A stretch of 42,997 bases of DNA, from the IMG/VR virus record IMGVR_UViG_2563366800_000007; one strand, given 5' to 3'. This DNA is from a virus (taxonomy: Duplodnaviria > Heunggongvirae > Uroviricota > Caudoviricetes). The notes under the pieces are model-generated. The model had not been told where the DNA came from and searched no databases. It saw only the letters and a program-made list of their open reading frames with translations. The translations under genes were made by a program, and so were the position numbers. Positions 1 through 8,895 of the stretch are shown here, in pieces (position 1 is the stretch's first letter; every line of letters starts with the position of its first letter).

Positions 1-1194
1 ATGATCACCGACACAAAGCTCAGGAAGGCGCTCGGCAAGAAAAGAGATGATATCGAGATTATTTCTGATTCGCACGGGCTCAACGCCAGAATCAGCCAGG
101 CCGGAAAAATATCATTTTTCTATCGGTATCGCTGGGCCGGTAAAGCGGTAAAACTCAATGTTGGTGATTATCCTGCAATGAGTATCACCCAGGCAAGAGA
201 GCGTCGCCAACAATTCAGAAACTGGTTAACTGAGGGACTGGATCCGCGAGAGCAGGTGAAGCTGGATAAGCAGACCCGACAGGAAGCGATGTCCGTTGCC
301 GAAGCGTTCAATTACTGGATTGAAAGGCACTGTATCGCTAACGGGCTAGTTAAAGTCGATTACTATCGCCAGGTGTTTGAGAAACATATCGCCGAACCGA
401 TGAAGAATGTCAAAGTCGATAACACAGCGAAAATGCACTGGATCAACGTCTTCGATTCTATAGAAAGCAGGGTGATGGCTCATTACATGCTTTCGCTGTG
501 CAAACGGGCGTTTAGGTTCTGCGTTAACAGAAGTGTGATCGCCTCAAACCCACTCGAGGGATTACTGCCATCTGATGTCGGGCAAAAGCCTAAAAAGAGA
601 ACTCGCAGGATGGACGATGACGATCTGCGCAAAATCTATCAGTGGTTGAAAAGCCATATGTCGATAGAGTCCGTTTTCCTGGTGAAATTTATTATGCTTA
701 CCGGATGCCGTACGGCTGAGATTCGACTTAGTGAGAGATCATGGTTTCGATTGGATGATAATGAGTGGGTCGTGCCTGCGGGCAGTTATAAAACTCGGGT
801 ACATATTAGAAGGGGACTCTCAGACGCCGCCGTTAACCTGGTCAGAAATCACCTCAAGAAAATAAACACCAATCACCTGGTGACTTCACAACGTAAAATT
901 GATGGCGGGATCAAAGATTCGCCCGTTCATTCACCTGTGGCATCCAATTACGCCCGTTCTATTTGGAATGGAACAGGTATGGCAGAGTGGTCGCTTCATG
1001 ATATGAGGCGGACGATAGCCACAAATCTCTCTGAGTTAGGTTGCCCGCCGCACGTAATTGAAAAGCTGCTCGGGCATCAGATGGTGGGGGTTATGGCGCA
1101 TTACAACCTTCATGACTATATCGATGATCAGAAACACTGGCTCCGCGTTTGGCAGAGCCATCTTGAAGAGATCATCGGAGAGCCCTTCAGTTAA
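1..1194 (+). CDS. int: Tyrosine-type site-specific integrase (P4-like phage integrase)
   Basis: 397-aa ORF starting at the window edge; C-terminal catalytic region shows integrase-type motifs ([18 protein letters not shown]...HY); an AlpA/Xis-like gene overlaps its stop on the opposite strand. Confidence 0.85.
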
Positions 1195-1433
1195 TTTATC
1201 TTCTTTTTATCCTCCCACTCTTTGATTGACTCAGAGCGCCAGCGGTTAGGGTTGCCGGGCCAGTCAGGGGGTGGGAACGGGCATACGAAGCCCCGAGGCA
1301 TTGTGTCTGCACTTTGCCATGACCAAAGGGTTTTGCGTGAAATTTTGTAGCGACTGGTCAGGTCTGACGTTACCAAAATATCATCCATAGCTCTCTCCAG
1401 TTGCCCGTTCGGGCCATTCAAAATCTTTTTCAA
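1191..1433 (-). CDS. AlpA/Xis-family small DNA-binding protein (putative excisionase or regulator)
   Basis: 80-aa ORF; the core SRKTLWSW...PRGFVCPFP...[11 protein letters not shown] resembles the AlpA-family winged helix (pattern ...TIYDW...W.E.EI.EW); adjacent to int. Confidence 0.65.
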
Positions 1434-1672
1434 CCAACCTGCCCGGGTAGGGAGCGGAGACGGCGCATGCCGGTCATCGCTGTGGCCACGTAGCTCGCCT
1501 TTCGGTTCACCACCTCCACCCAGACTTTCACGCCTTCAACCTTCACCGTATAAGTCTCTTTCATCTTGCTTCGCCCATAGTCGCCATATGTTTGCAAGTG
1601 AGCTGCCAGCGCGATGTCGCATGCTTGGCGAGCTAAAGGTGATTGCTTACTTCCTCGATTGATCAGTCGCAT
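1430..1672 (-). CDS. Hypothetical small phage protein
   Basis: 80-aa ORF with AGGAGA Shine-Dalgarno about 6 nt upstream of the ATG; immediately downstream of recT; no recognisable motifs. Confidence 0.4.
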   Translation of the reverse strand: MRLINRGSKQSPLARQACDIALAAHLQTYGDYGRSKMKETYTVKVEGVKVWVEVVNRKASYVATAMTGMRRLRSLPGQVG

Positions 1673-1710
1673 ATAATCTCCTTGAGGGAGGGTTACCCCT
1701 CCCGGTTTCG

Positions 1711-2829
1711 TCAGGCCACGTATTCCGGTTTCATATCCGCCAGGGTGATGCTGAATTGATCGTGCAGTTCATCGCCTAAGTGACGCTTTGAAGATGCAAG
1801 CATGCGCTCGGCTTCAGCGAACCGTTCGGCTGCATGCGGCTCGTCGGGCTGGGGCAGGGATTTAATAGCCTCCTCAACCTTGTTGCGTGCATCCACTAGG
1901 TAATAACGCTTTACGGCTTTGTTTTTCAGCTCGGTGAATAGTGCGGATCCCAGCGTAGCTTTCGCCGTTTCAATGTCGGCACGCAGCGATTTGGCGCTAT
2001 CCACGTCCTGAGCAGATTCGATGCGTTCGCGGAAATCATCGGCAAGAGAGTCGACATTTACCGACGATTCCTGTGCGCTTTGCGTGGTTGTGACGGTGTC
2101 ACCTGAGATATCAGCCAGGCTAACGCGTTGCGGCGTTGGGTTGATCTCTTTTTCTGTGCGCTGTTCAATCTCATCAGGGGTGTACACACCAAGAACAACT
2201 GCAGGGCAATACAGGCGCGCCCAGTATTTGAGTGCCAGATAAGCGATCTGCTGTTTCGGGTTTGATACCCAAAGTGGAGAATTACGTGTGATTACGCTGG
2301 AGAGGAAAACAGGCTCTCCCCAGGTGATATCACTTTCACCGCGAATAACGGCACCTACCCGTACCGACAGTCCTTGTTCATCAGCACTTTCCCAACCGCG
2401 TACCATTTCTTTCTTGTCGTACGTCCCGCCACCTTTCGCAGGCTTTTTAACGGTTATCTCGCGGCTGCTGGCACATTTCGACCAGTCGCCCTCGTACTCA
2501 TAGTGAAAGCGGCCAACGATGGCGTTTGAGCTGGAGATCACCGCATTAACCAGTTGCGCTTCGTATCCCAGGACACCGTTAACCAGGTGCGTCTTTTGCG
2601 CCACGGCGTAAGGGTTCATACCCCACTGCATCGCCTGCATGATGATGGCCATGCAGTCTGCCGGATTGCCGCGGAGGTGCTCAGGCACCGTTACGGCTGC
2701 CTGTGCCATCAACCCGGCGACAGACTGAAGCTGGGTTAAAGCCTGCACGTTGAAAATGGCATTGCTGGCTGAGATCGTGTTTGGAGTCTGCTGTTCAGCG
2801 GTTACGATATTCGTGTTTTCCATCATCAT
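1711..2829 (-). CDS. recT: RecT/Red-beta family single-strand annealing recombinase
   Basis: 372-aa ORF; segments GMNPYAVAQ...GVLGYEAQ and NSPLWVSNPKQQIAYLALKYWARLY resemble conserved RecT/Bet blocks; sits just downstream of the RecE-like gene, the usual pairing. Confidence 0.75.
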   Translation of the reverse strand: MMMENTNIVTAEQQTPNTISASNAIFNVQALTQLQSVAGLMAQAAVTVPEHLRGNPADCMAIIMQAMQWGMNPYAVAQKTHLVNGVLGYEAQLVNAVISSSNAIVGRFHYEYEGDWSKCASSREITVKKPAKGGGTYDKKEMVRGWESADEQGLSVRVGAVIRGESDITWGEPVFLSSVITRNSPLWVSNPKQQIAYLALKYWARLYCPAVVLGVYTPDEIEQRTEKEINPTPQRVSLADISGDTVTTTQSAQESSVNVDSLADDFRERIESAQDVDSAKSLRADIETAKATLGSALFTELKNKAVKRYYLVDARNKVEEAIKSLPQPDEPHAAERFAEAERMLASSKRHLGDELHDQFSITLADMKPEYVA

Positions 2830-2834
2830 TCCCC

Positions 2835-5800
2835 TTATGCCTGAGTACGCAGCGCTTCAAGGCGGCGCAGGTCGAAGTCGTTCAGTTCGTCGGTGTAGTC
2901 AGCAGTGATTGGCGCTGGCCATTCACCTGTGTCGAATCCGGTTGCGATATTGCGCATCGCTTTGCGGTACTCGAGCATACCCAGCTCCAGTAGTTCAGCG
3001 GATGCCTCGATGATGGCGATCCAGTGGTAGTTCTCGTCTTTGTTGACGAAAATCCAGAAGAACTGATCCAGCGCTGCGGTTTCGCAGTACATAGCCGCGC
3101 TCAGGTGATAATCACGTTCAATAATTTCCCGGTGTAGCCTGGCGCGCAGGCTTTCCTGCTTAACATTCCACATGCTGATGGTTTTCAGGTCTGCACCTAT
3201 ACGCACGCCATCCAGGTCGATCTCAAGGTCAGGGCGCACACGAACTTCCAAGCCCGTCTCCTCGTCAAAACCAAAGTAGCTCACCTCAACGGCTCGGCTA
3301 GGGTGGGTCAGCAGCATGCCGGCGGTCGGGTGTGCCAGAAGCGCTTTTTGAATATTCAGCGCGGTGCTCAGCTGCTGGCGGGTGACCAGCACTTTTCCTT
3401 CCGGGTTATCGCGCCAGGCATCCAGCAGTTCGTCGGCAAATACGGCATCTGGTTTGACTGCCTTCACGGCCTGGATCATGTCTGCTTTGGTACCGGACAC
3501 TTTCAGTGGTGCCGGTTTCTGTGCTTCCTGAGCCACAAGGTCAGGGTTGATGATTGCCAACTGCTCCAGCAGCGCGTCACGGCTGCCGCTGGTTTTAACC
3601 GGCGGCGGCAGGGTGGCGTTGTACTCTTTAATGCATGCCTTCATTGCCGTCGCCGTCTGCTTCTGGTCACCATCAATACGCTGGAAGTCAGCTGGCAGCG
3701 CCATATAGTTCTGTGCCGTTTCTTCCAGGTTAGCGCCAAGCGGAACCTGCGGCGGCAGGGTGGCGTTGTACTCTTCCAGTAACACCTTGATGTCGTCGGC
3801 AGATAGCAGCGCCGGCAGGCTGGCATTGTGCTCATCGATAAAGGCGCGCAGGGTCGCGGCCGTTGTGAATGCGCCTTCAGGGATCACCGGTTCAACGCTG
3901 AATTCTGCGTCCAGTAGTTCAGGCTGCAACGCCAGCGCATGCACCAAGTTGCCCATGTCCAGCACCGCTGAGCGCTCTTTGACGATGGTTTTCTCTACGT
4001 GGCGCGCATTGAAGTACATCAGCGAAACGCGCGCATCTTTCACCTGGGTTGAGCTGATGCCGTTGGCGGCGTGGTAAACCTCGTTTGGCAGCCCTTCATA
4101 GCGGCCTGGCTCGAAATAAGCGGGATAAACAACAGCTGGTTCGTCAGATTGCGCTTCTGGCTCGGTTTGTGCTGCAACTGGTTCGGTTTGGCTTACAGAA
4201 TCGCTATTTTTGGCGACAGAATCCGTATTCTGGTTTACATCGTCCTTCTGGCTGGTATCTGACTCTTCACCAGACTCCAGACTGCTTTCGCCTGGCTGTA
4301 CTTCATCACCAACATTTTTTTCATCACTGACAGTTTCTTCCATCTGCACATTGCTGGTGGTTTCCTCATTAAGTGGTGAACGGTTATCTGTTTGTGTTTG
4401 TTGATCGCCCATCAGGCCATCAATGGAGAATACGCCGTTGCCCATGTTGGCGATTTGTGGCTGTTTAGCAGCTGTTTTCTGCTCTGCAGCGACCTGCTCA
4501 TTAACCTCATTTTCCCAGCTGACGTCCGGCGCATGACCAGCATCAGCCAGCGTTTCTTCTGAGGGGTTTGAGTGGTCATTTTCGGTTAGATTGGCGTTGA
4601 TATATGCCCGCAACCGCCCAGGAAAGTTAACCAATTCTGATGATGTGCCGCGGATGAGTGCAAAGATGGCGGCGCGTGAATAGTCCAGGATGCCAGCGGT
4701 TTTGCGCAGCGCCTCAGACCATTCGCTGAACGGACTTTCTTTCTTGCTGACAATCTCTTTAGCGCGACGGTAGACCCCACCAGGTATGTCGTAGATATTG
4801 AAATCCATTGGCAAGGTGGCCAGCGCAATTTCAACATCCAAAGTGTCCAGTGTGTGGACATAGTCGGTATTACGATCGGTCTTATTTCCACCGCCAGCAT
4901 TGGTTTTGACGTCAGTACGTTGAATCTGCGCAACGCGGTTACCTTTCTGCCATTCCTTGACCAGCAGGCCACGGTCGATGTAATTAGTGTTGAACCACAC
5001 AGTCAGGAACTGGATAACTGTTGCCAGCTCCGGTTTTTTACCGTCGACAGGGAAGACTTTCTTAACAGCATTCACGACTTTATGAATATCGTGCTCAATG
5101 GCTTTTTTGAATGCTTCCACATTCTCAGCAGCCAGCAGCAGGTTCTGGATGTACGTGTCATCAGTGTCCATCTCAAGGCGGACAATCTCGTTTTTCTGCC
5201 CAGCGTCGATGTGATAGAGATATTCACCATCACCGATGAACTGAGCCAGTACGCGCTGACGGAATGGCAGGGTGGCTACGACGATCAGGTTCGGCTGATC
5301 TGGCTGCTGAGATTGTTCTTCGGTACCGACTTCATCACCAACGCTGGTGGTTTCAGTTTTGAGCAGAGGAAACCTGCCACTGCGCCAGTCTTCAACCAGT
5401 TGATTGCGATCACCTGATTCTGCGTTCACCCAGTCAGACATGAAAGCAGCGATCACTTCAGGTCCATGCTCTTCACCCTGTTCGAAGATGTCTTTAATCG
5501 CCTGAATCATTTTCCACTCAGCATTAAGACTGAGTTCGCCAACTTCAGGAACATCATTTTTAACCTGCAGCAAGTTCTGGAGATAGGTATTGCTTTCGTC
5601 CAGTGACATTTCGCTGGCAGCCAGCTGCTGCTCTTTAGTGACGTGAGTCTGGTACTTATCGCTCATCAGATGGAAGGCAAAACGGACTGCTGGAGTGCGG
5701 TTTTCTAACGATACATTCTCGTCAGAAGTCGCTACTTCATCTGTATTTTTTACATCGGCAGGGATAGTGGTGACAACGTCGCCAGCGGCCTTTGGCAGCC

Positions 5801-6170
5801 AGGTGCGCCCGTCGTCCTGCAGTTCGTAACGATCACACCAGGTGAAATCAACTTCACCTTCTTCCGGCAGGTCGTCATATATCGGGAAATCGGTGCGGAT
5901 TGGTTTGGCATAATCTTTACCGCGGCCAGTTTCTTCAATTCCGGCTTCTTCCAGTGCCACATCGAGTTGGAGATTGGCGCGCGCTACACTTTTCGCAGTG
6001 AACCAAATCACGGCATCTTTCTTGCCAGACTTCTGACTGGCTTTTATCAGATGGAAAAATTCCATGTGAGATCCTCTTTTTTGAGTGTTAGAATCCCCGG
6101 GCCAGAGATAGCGCCCATTGGATGTTTTTTGGTTTGGTATAAATTCCGGTGTAACTTTGGTCGGTGGCAC
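2835..6170 (-). CDS. recE: RecE-like exodeoxyribonuclease VIII (long N-terminal region plus C-terminal PD-(D/E)xK nuclease domain)
   Basis: 1111-aa ORF; C-terminal RPDLEIDLDGVRIGADLKT fits a PD-(D/E)xK active site; partner of RecT; internal repeated EYNATLPP motif. Confidence 0.7.
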   Translation of the reverse strand: MPPTKVTPEFIPNQKTSNGRYLWPGDSNTQKRGSHMEFFHLIKASQKSGKKDAVIWFTAKSVARANLQLDVALEEAGIEETGRGKDYAKPIRTDFPIYDDLPEEGEVDFTWCDRYELQDDGRTWLPKAAGDVVTTIPADVKNTDEVATSDENVSLENRTPAVRFAFHLMSDKYQTHVTKEQQLAASEMSLDESNTYLQNLLQVKNDVPEVGELSLNAEWKMIQAIKDIFEQGEEHGPEVIAAFMSDWVNAESGDRNQLVEDWRSGRFPLLKTETTSVGDEVGTEEQSQQPDQPNLIVVATLPFRQRVLAQFIGDGEYLYHIDAGQKNEIVRLEMDTDDTYIQNLLLAAENVEAFKKAIEHDIHKVVNAVKKVFPVDGKKPELATVIQFLTVWFNTNYIDRGLLVKEWQKGNRVAQIQRTDVKTNAGGGNKTDRNTDYVHTLDTLDVEIALATLPMDFNIYDIPGGVYRRAKEIVSKKESPFSEWSEALRKTAGILDYSRAAIFALIRGTSSELVNFPGRLRAYINANLTENDHSNPSEETLADAGHAPDVSWENEVNEQVAAEQKTAAKQPQIANMGNGVFSIDGLMGDQQTQTDNRSPLNEETTSNVQMEETVSDEKNVGDEVQPGESSLESGEESDTSQKDDVNQNTDSVAKNSDSVSQTEPVAAQTEPEAQSDEPAVVYPAYFEPGRYEGLPNEVYHAANGISSTQVKDARVSLMYFNARHVEKTIVKERSAVLDMGNLVHALALQPELLDAEFSVEPVIPEGAFTTAATLRAFIDEHNASLPALLSADDIKVLLEEYNATLPPQVPLGANLEETAQNYMALPADFQRIDGDQKQTATAMKACIKEYNATLPPPVKTSGSRDALLEQLAIINPDLVAQEAQKPAPLKVSGTKADMIQAVKAVKPDAVFADELLDAWRDNPEGKVLVTRQQLSTALNIQKALLAHPTAGMLLTHPSRAVEVSYFGFDEETGLEVRVRPDLEIDLDGVRIGADLKTISMWNVKQESLRARLHREIIERDYHLSAAMYCETAALDQFFWIFVNKDENYHWIAIIEASAELLELGMLEYRKAMRNIATGFDTGEWPAPITADYTDELNDFDLRRLEALRTQA

Positions 6171-6203
6171 CGGACGTGAATCCCGCCTTGCGCGGGGTTT
6201 TCG

Positions 6204-6365
6204 TTATGCTTCGTGGGCCATCTGGTCGAACGAAGCGCAACGTACTGAACAGTAATCACGTTGCTCGCGTTTCAACTGCGTGCCGTGGATAAAGAGCAGT
6301 TCGTTTTTAACTTCCTTCCCTTGCTTGATCGGCTTGCGGCAGTACGCGCATTTTTTCTCCTGCAT
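6204..6365 (-). CDS. Small Cys4 zinc-ribbon protein (YdaE-like by position)
   Basis: 53-aa ORF below the 60-aa track cutoff, translated by hand: MQEKKCAYCRKPIKQGKEVKNELLFIHGTQLKREQRDYCSVRCASFDQMAHEA; two Cys pairs (CxxC ... CxxxC); lies between the KilR-like ORF and recE as in Rac-type prophages. Confidence 0.45.
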   Translation of the reverse strand: MQEKKCAYCRKPIKQGKEVKNELLFIHGTQLKREQRDYCSVRCASFDQMAHEA

Positions 6366-6376
6366 AACTCACTCCG

Positions 6377-6583
6377 TTAATGGCTAAGGCCATGTCCTAA
6401 ACCGTTTAGATAAACCTCAACCAGCAAATCTTTGGTGTAGGTACGTTCGATGCCACGGTGAAGATACAGGCGACCGCGTGCGTTAGCAGATGCGGTCCAG
6501 GTTGAGTCTTTGTGTTTTACAAGCATCCCCGGCTGAACTGCGCCGCGGTTTACTGTCTGTGTACCGTAGTGCTGATGAACCAT
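6377..6583 (-). CDS. KilR-like small protein (assigned by synteny); a longer 116-aa reading to 6727 is possible
   Basis: Internal ATG at 6583 is preceded by GGAGAA about 7 nt upstream and gives a 68-aa product (MVHQHYG...EVYLNGLGHGLSH); function inferred only from position relative to recET in Rac-like prophages. Confidence 0.35.
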   Translation of the reverse strand: MVHQHYGTQTVNRGAVQPGMLVKHKDSTWTASANARGRLYLHRGIERTYTKDLLVEVYLNGLGHGLSH

Positions 6584-6938
6584 GATGTTCTCCACTATTG
6601 CTGAGTGAACTTCGCTGGTGGTGCCGTGACGCTGATCTTCACAGTTGAGCGTTTTAACTCTGCAATTCACCACCGCGAAGCTCACTTCTGTGTTTGCCCT
6701 TGTCGCCAGGCTGGCGGAACGTTTCAAACCTACTGCGCGTTAATATCACCACCTCATTCCGGTTTTCGTATGCCCCGGACGGCTACTTCGTGGGCTCCAT
6801 GCCTGGGTGGTTCGTGGTGCGTCTTGGTGAGTTAGATTAAATCACTGGTTTATATATATGTCAACTTAAGGTTAGTGTTAATTGTAAATCTGAGGTTTAT
6901 GTGGCTGGGTTTTGTGACACGTCTGCAGAATCGCAGGC

Positions 6939-6967
6939 AAAAAAAATCCCGACGCTAAGGTCGAGAT
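6939..6967 (-). terminator. Rho-independent terminator candidate (minus strand)
   Basis: Imperfect 8-bp stem (atcccgac / gtcgagat on the plus strand) with a 6-nt loop, followed on the minus strand by a run of 8 U. Confidence 0.45.
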
Positions 6968-7017
6968 CGGGGACTTCGTGGCTGGGTGTTGGCGGCTGAG
7001 ATGGTGGGTGAGGGTGT

Positions 7018-7041
7018 AAAAAACCCGGCGCTGTGGCCGGG
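7018..7041 (-). terminator. Rho-independent terminator downstream of the HicAB-SecB-like operon
   Basis: GC stem cccggc / gccggg with a 6-nt loop, followed on the minus strand by a 6-U run; lies 8 bp past the stop of the 7049..7474 gene. Confidence 0.55.
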
Positions 7042-7048
7042 TTGGAGA

Positions 7049-7474
7049 TTATTTTCTAGATGATGTTGGGGACCAAGGTAACGTTATAGTATCTAACACT
7101 GTGTTTTTGAACATATTTTCAAAAACTGTTTTTGTACATACATATACATAATTTTCAAAAAACCAAGCATTTTCATTATAAAAATCCTCAGTTACTTCTT
7201 CATCGAGGTCACACTCAAATGTTAGTGTCAAGGTAGCCTCTGCCTTGAACAATACATCCTCACCATCATCAAAATCTTTTTTATCGCGAGGGAAACCAGT
7301 TATCGATGGCTTAACTTCAATAAAGAGCCAATTTCCATCTTCATCTTTTTGAGGAACAACGTGATGCTCAGAAAATTTTAAGCTATATTTTCCGCCTTCA
7401 GAATTATCACTGTCGTCGATAAAAAGGGAAGAACCCTCGAGATCAAATCCCTTAAAGCGAATTTTATCAAGCAT
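7049..7474 (-). CDS. Acidic SecB-like chaperone candidate (third gene of the hicAB operon)
   Basis: 141-aa acidic product (MLDKIRFKGFDLEG...); its ATG overlaps the HicB stop (TGATG), implying translational coupling; N-terminal IRFKGFDLE and C-terminal FENYVYVCTKTVF...ITLP segments loosely match SecB (IQRIYTKDISFE, LFPYARECI...LNLAP); AT-rich by eye. The track ORF begins 36 nt upstream at 7510. Confidence 0.5.
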   Translation of the reverse strand: MLDKIRFKGFDLEGSSLFIDDSDNSEGGKYSLKFSEHHVVPQKDEDGNWLFIEVKPSITGFPRDKKDFDDGEDVLFKAEATLTLTFECDLDEEVTEDFYNENAWFFENYVYVCTKTVFENMFKNTVLDTITLPWSPTSSRK

Positions 7475-7932
7475 CAATGTGGCACTCCGTTGTCTACTGA
7501 AACTTCCCAATAGGTCTCTTCTGTACGTCTACGGGATGAGAAGAAAGTAACTTCTCTAACATCCCTCGGTTTTTCAAAGTGGTAGTGAACCTCTTTTTTC
7601 CCATTAACTGACTCACTGACAGCCTGTTTTACATAATCGTTTAAAGTCATATTCTTAGCTTTAGCAGCTAAATATGCTTTTTTATGCAGGGATTCACCTA
7701 TCCGGATGTTAAACGAACCACTCATTGTCTTATCTGGAGATTTTCCTATCTCTTCACAAGTGGAGAGGTAATCGTCCACGGCCTCCTCAAAGGCTGCACG
7801 GAGTTCTGCAACCGTTGCACCCTCATAAGTGACGAGATCATTTATACATTCGAGTTTTCCATGCATCACCCCATCTTCAAATGAAATGCTGGAGCTACCA
7901 TAGTAACCTTTGTATTTCATCAAGTTATTCAT
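7474..7932 (-). CDS. hicB: HicB-family antitoxin (RNase H-like fold plus ribbon-helix-helix) with an about 45-aa aromatic-rich C-terminal extension
   Basis: MKYKGYYGS...HGKL...TYEGATVAELRAAFEEAVDDYL is a typical HicB N-domain; SGSFNIRIGESLHKKAYLAAKAKNMTLNDYVKQAV looks like an RHH DNA-binding motif; an extra tail ...KKEVHYHFEKPRDVREVTFFSSRRRTEETYWEVSVDNGVPH follows. Start 7932 or 7920 (track ORF starts at 7947). Confidence 0.8.
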   Translation of the reverse strand: MNNLMKYKGYYGSSSISFEDGVMHGKLECINDLVTYEGATVAELRAAFEEAVDDYLSTCEEIGKSPDKTMSGSFNIRIGESLHKKAYLAAKAKNMTLNDYVKQAVSESVNGKKEVHYHFEKPRDVREVTFFSSRRRTEETYWEVSVDNGVPH

Positions 7933-8179
7933 GATCATCAATCTCATCTAACAGCTGTTTAACTTCTTCCAAGACGTACCTTTTGAGGGTGTTTTCAGGA
8001 TGAGGCTCATGAAAAATGACCAATCTATCAACACGTTGGTTGTAAAATTTACGGCCAGAACCTCGTTTAGCATTCAAAAGCTTGAAGCCATACTGGTTCA
8101 TGAGAGTAACGAACTCATCCCAAGTAAAATTTTTGGGTAAGCCGTCTAACTTTGACTTTAGCTTTTCCTTTCTTCCCAC
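7925..8179 (-). CDS. hicA: HicA-family toxin (putative mRNA interferase)
   Basis: 84-aa ORF (GTG start) MGRKEKLKSKLDGLPKNFTWDEFVTLMNQYGF...RGSGRKF...IFHEPHP matches the HicA pattern (KxFTWDE...GSH/GSxR...H); 3-prime end overlaps the hicB start. Confidence 0.8.
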   Translation of the reverse strand: MGRKEKLKSKLDGLPKNFTWDEFVTLMNQYGFKLLNAKRGSGRKFYNQRVDRLVIFHEPHPENTLKRYVLEEVKQLLDEIDDHE

Positions 8180-8205
8180 GAAGGATACATCCTCTGTTAA
8201 AGGTA

Positions 8206-8227
8206 GTGCAACTGAAATCTAGTTGCA
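8206..8227. promoter_or_regulatory. Palindromic operator candidate upstream of hicA (GTGCAACT-n7-AGTTGCA)
   Basis: 7 to 8-bp inverted repeat with a 7-bp spacer, 27 to 50 bp upstream of the hicA start codon; RHH antitoxins typically bind such palindromes. Confidence 0.4.
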
Positions 8228-8339
8228 AGCTATGCTATCTATAGACAAAATGTTTCATTGTTATATCAGAAGATACCCGATCTGTTTCACCTTCAACTAC
8301 TATAATTTGTTATAAGCTATCAACCGGTGGAACTGCGAA

Positions 8340-8438
8340 TTAGCCGCTGGGTGTTGCGTATCCATCGATGATAAACCATGCCATAAACCCCATAGCTACG
8401 ATGAACACCAAGATCGGAAACACTATACCAATTCTCAT
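8340..8438 (-). CDS. 32-aa hydrophobic peptide (candidate small membrane protein)
   Basis: Hand-translated ORF MRIGIVFPILVFIVAMGFMAWFIIDGYATPSG with AGGGA about 7 nt upstream of the ATG; a single predicted transmembrane helix; lies between repressor 1 and the hicA promoter. Confidence 0.3.
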   Translation of the reverse strand: MRIGIVFPILVFIVAMGFMAWFIIDGYATPSG

Positions 8439-8483
8439 GATTTTATCCCTGTCTACCCATGCTTCCTGGGCACCAGCGGCTCG

Positions 8484-8876
8484 TTACTCGGCATCGCCCT
8501 TAATCCGCCGCCCCATATATTTGGCGTACAGATCGTCGAGTTCCTTCAGGCGCAGTGATACCGCCTTAAGAACTCCACCCTGATTCTCTTCGGGGAGTTG
8601 ACGGAAAAGGCGTAAAAGCTCTTGCTCATTACTTTTTAATCCATCATTGGGCCCTATATCCTGCCCCAAAACCCAGGCTAAATTCACACCAAGCGCATCA
8701 GCTAGCTTAAGTGCGGAGTTTTTCCCAATAGTTCCCCTTACAAACCAGTTGTTAACCGACTGGGATGTTACGCCACAAATTCTGGCCAGATCTGCTTTTG
8801 AGAGATGTTTACTATTCGTGATCTCATTGAGTCGTCTGACCTGTGGGTTATCTGATTCGTGTGTATTTTTTCTCAT
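8484..8876 (-). CDS. CI-like HTH repressor, paralog 1
   Basis: HTH segment LSKADLARICGVTSQSVNNWF followed by a coiled C-terminal region (LKELDDLYAKYM); leftward orientation opposite the Cro-like ydaS, typical of an immunity repressor. ATG at 8876 chosen (track ORF begins with GTG at 8891). Confidence 0.7.
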   Translation of the reverse strand: MRKNTHESDNPQVRRLNEITNSKHLSKADLARICGVTSQSVNNWFVRGTIGKNSALKLADALGVNLAWVLGQDIGPNDGLKSNEQELLRLFRQLPEENQGGVLKAVSLRLKELDDLYAKYMGRRIKGDAE

Positions 8877-8895
8877 GTACAAGAGTATCACTTAG

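Noticed and set aside
1-1194. Integrase truncated by the window edge
   Set aside because: The ORF begins with ATG at position 1 and the N-terminus ([10 protein letters not shown]...) resembles the usual P4-type integrase start, so it is probably complete; the att site would lie outside the window.
3303-5417. Several 60 to 190-aa plus-strand ORFs inside recE
   Set aside because: All antisense to the long RecE-like reading frame; none has a start context.
6377-6727. Long 116-aa form of the KilR-like ORF
   Set aside because: The internal ATG at 6583 has a clear GGAGAA ribosome-binding site and gives the size expected at this position; the upstream extension lacks one. Kept as an alternative in the feature note, not as a separate gene.
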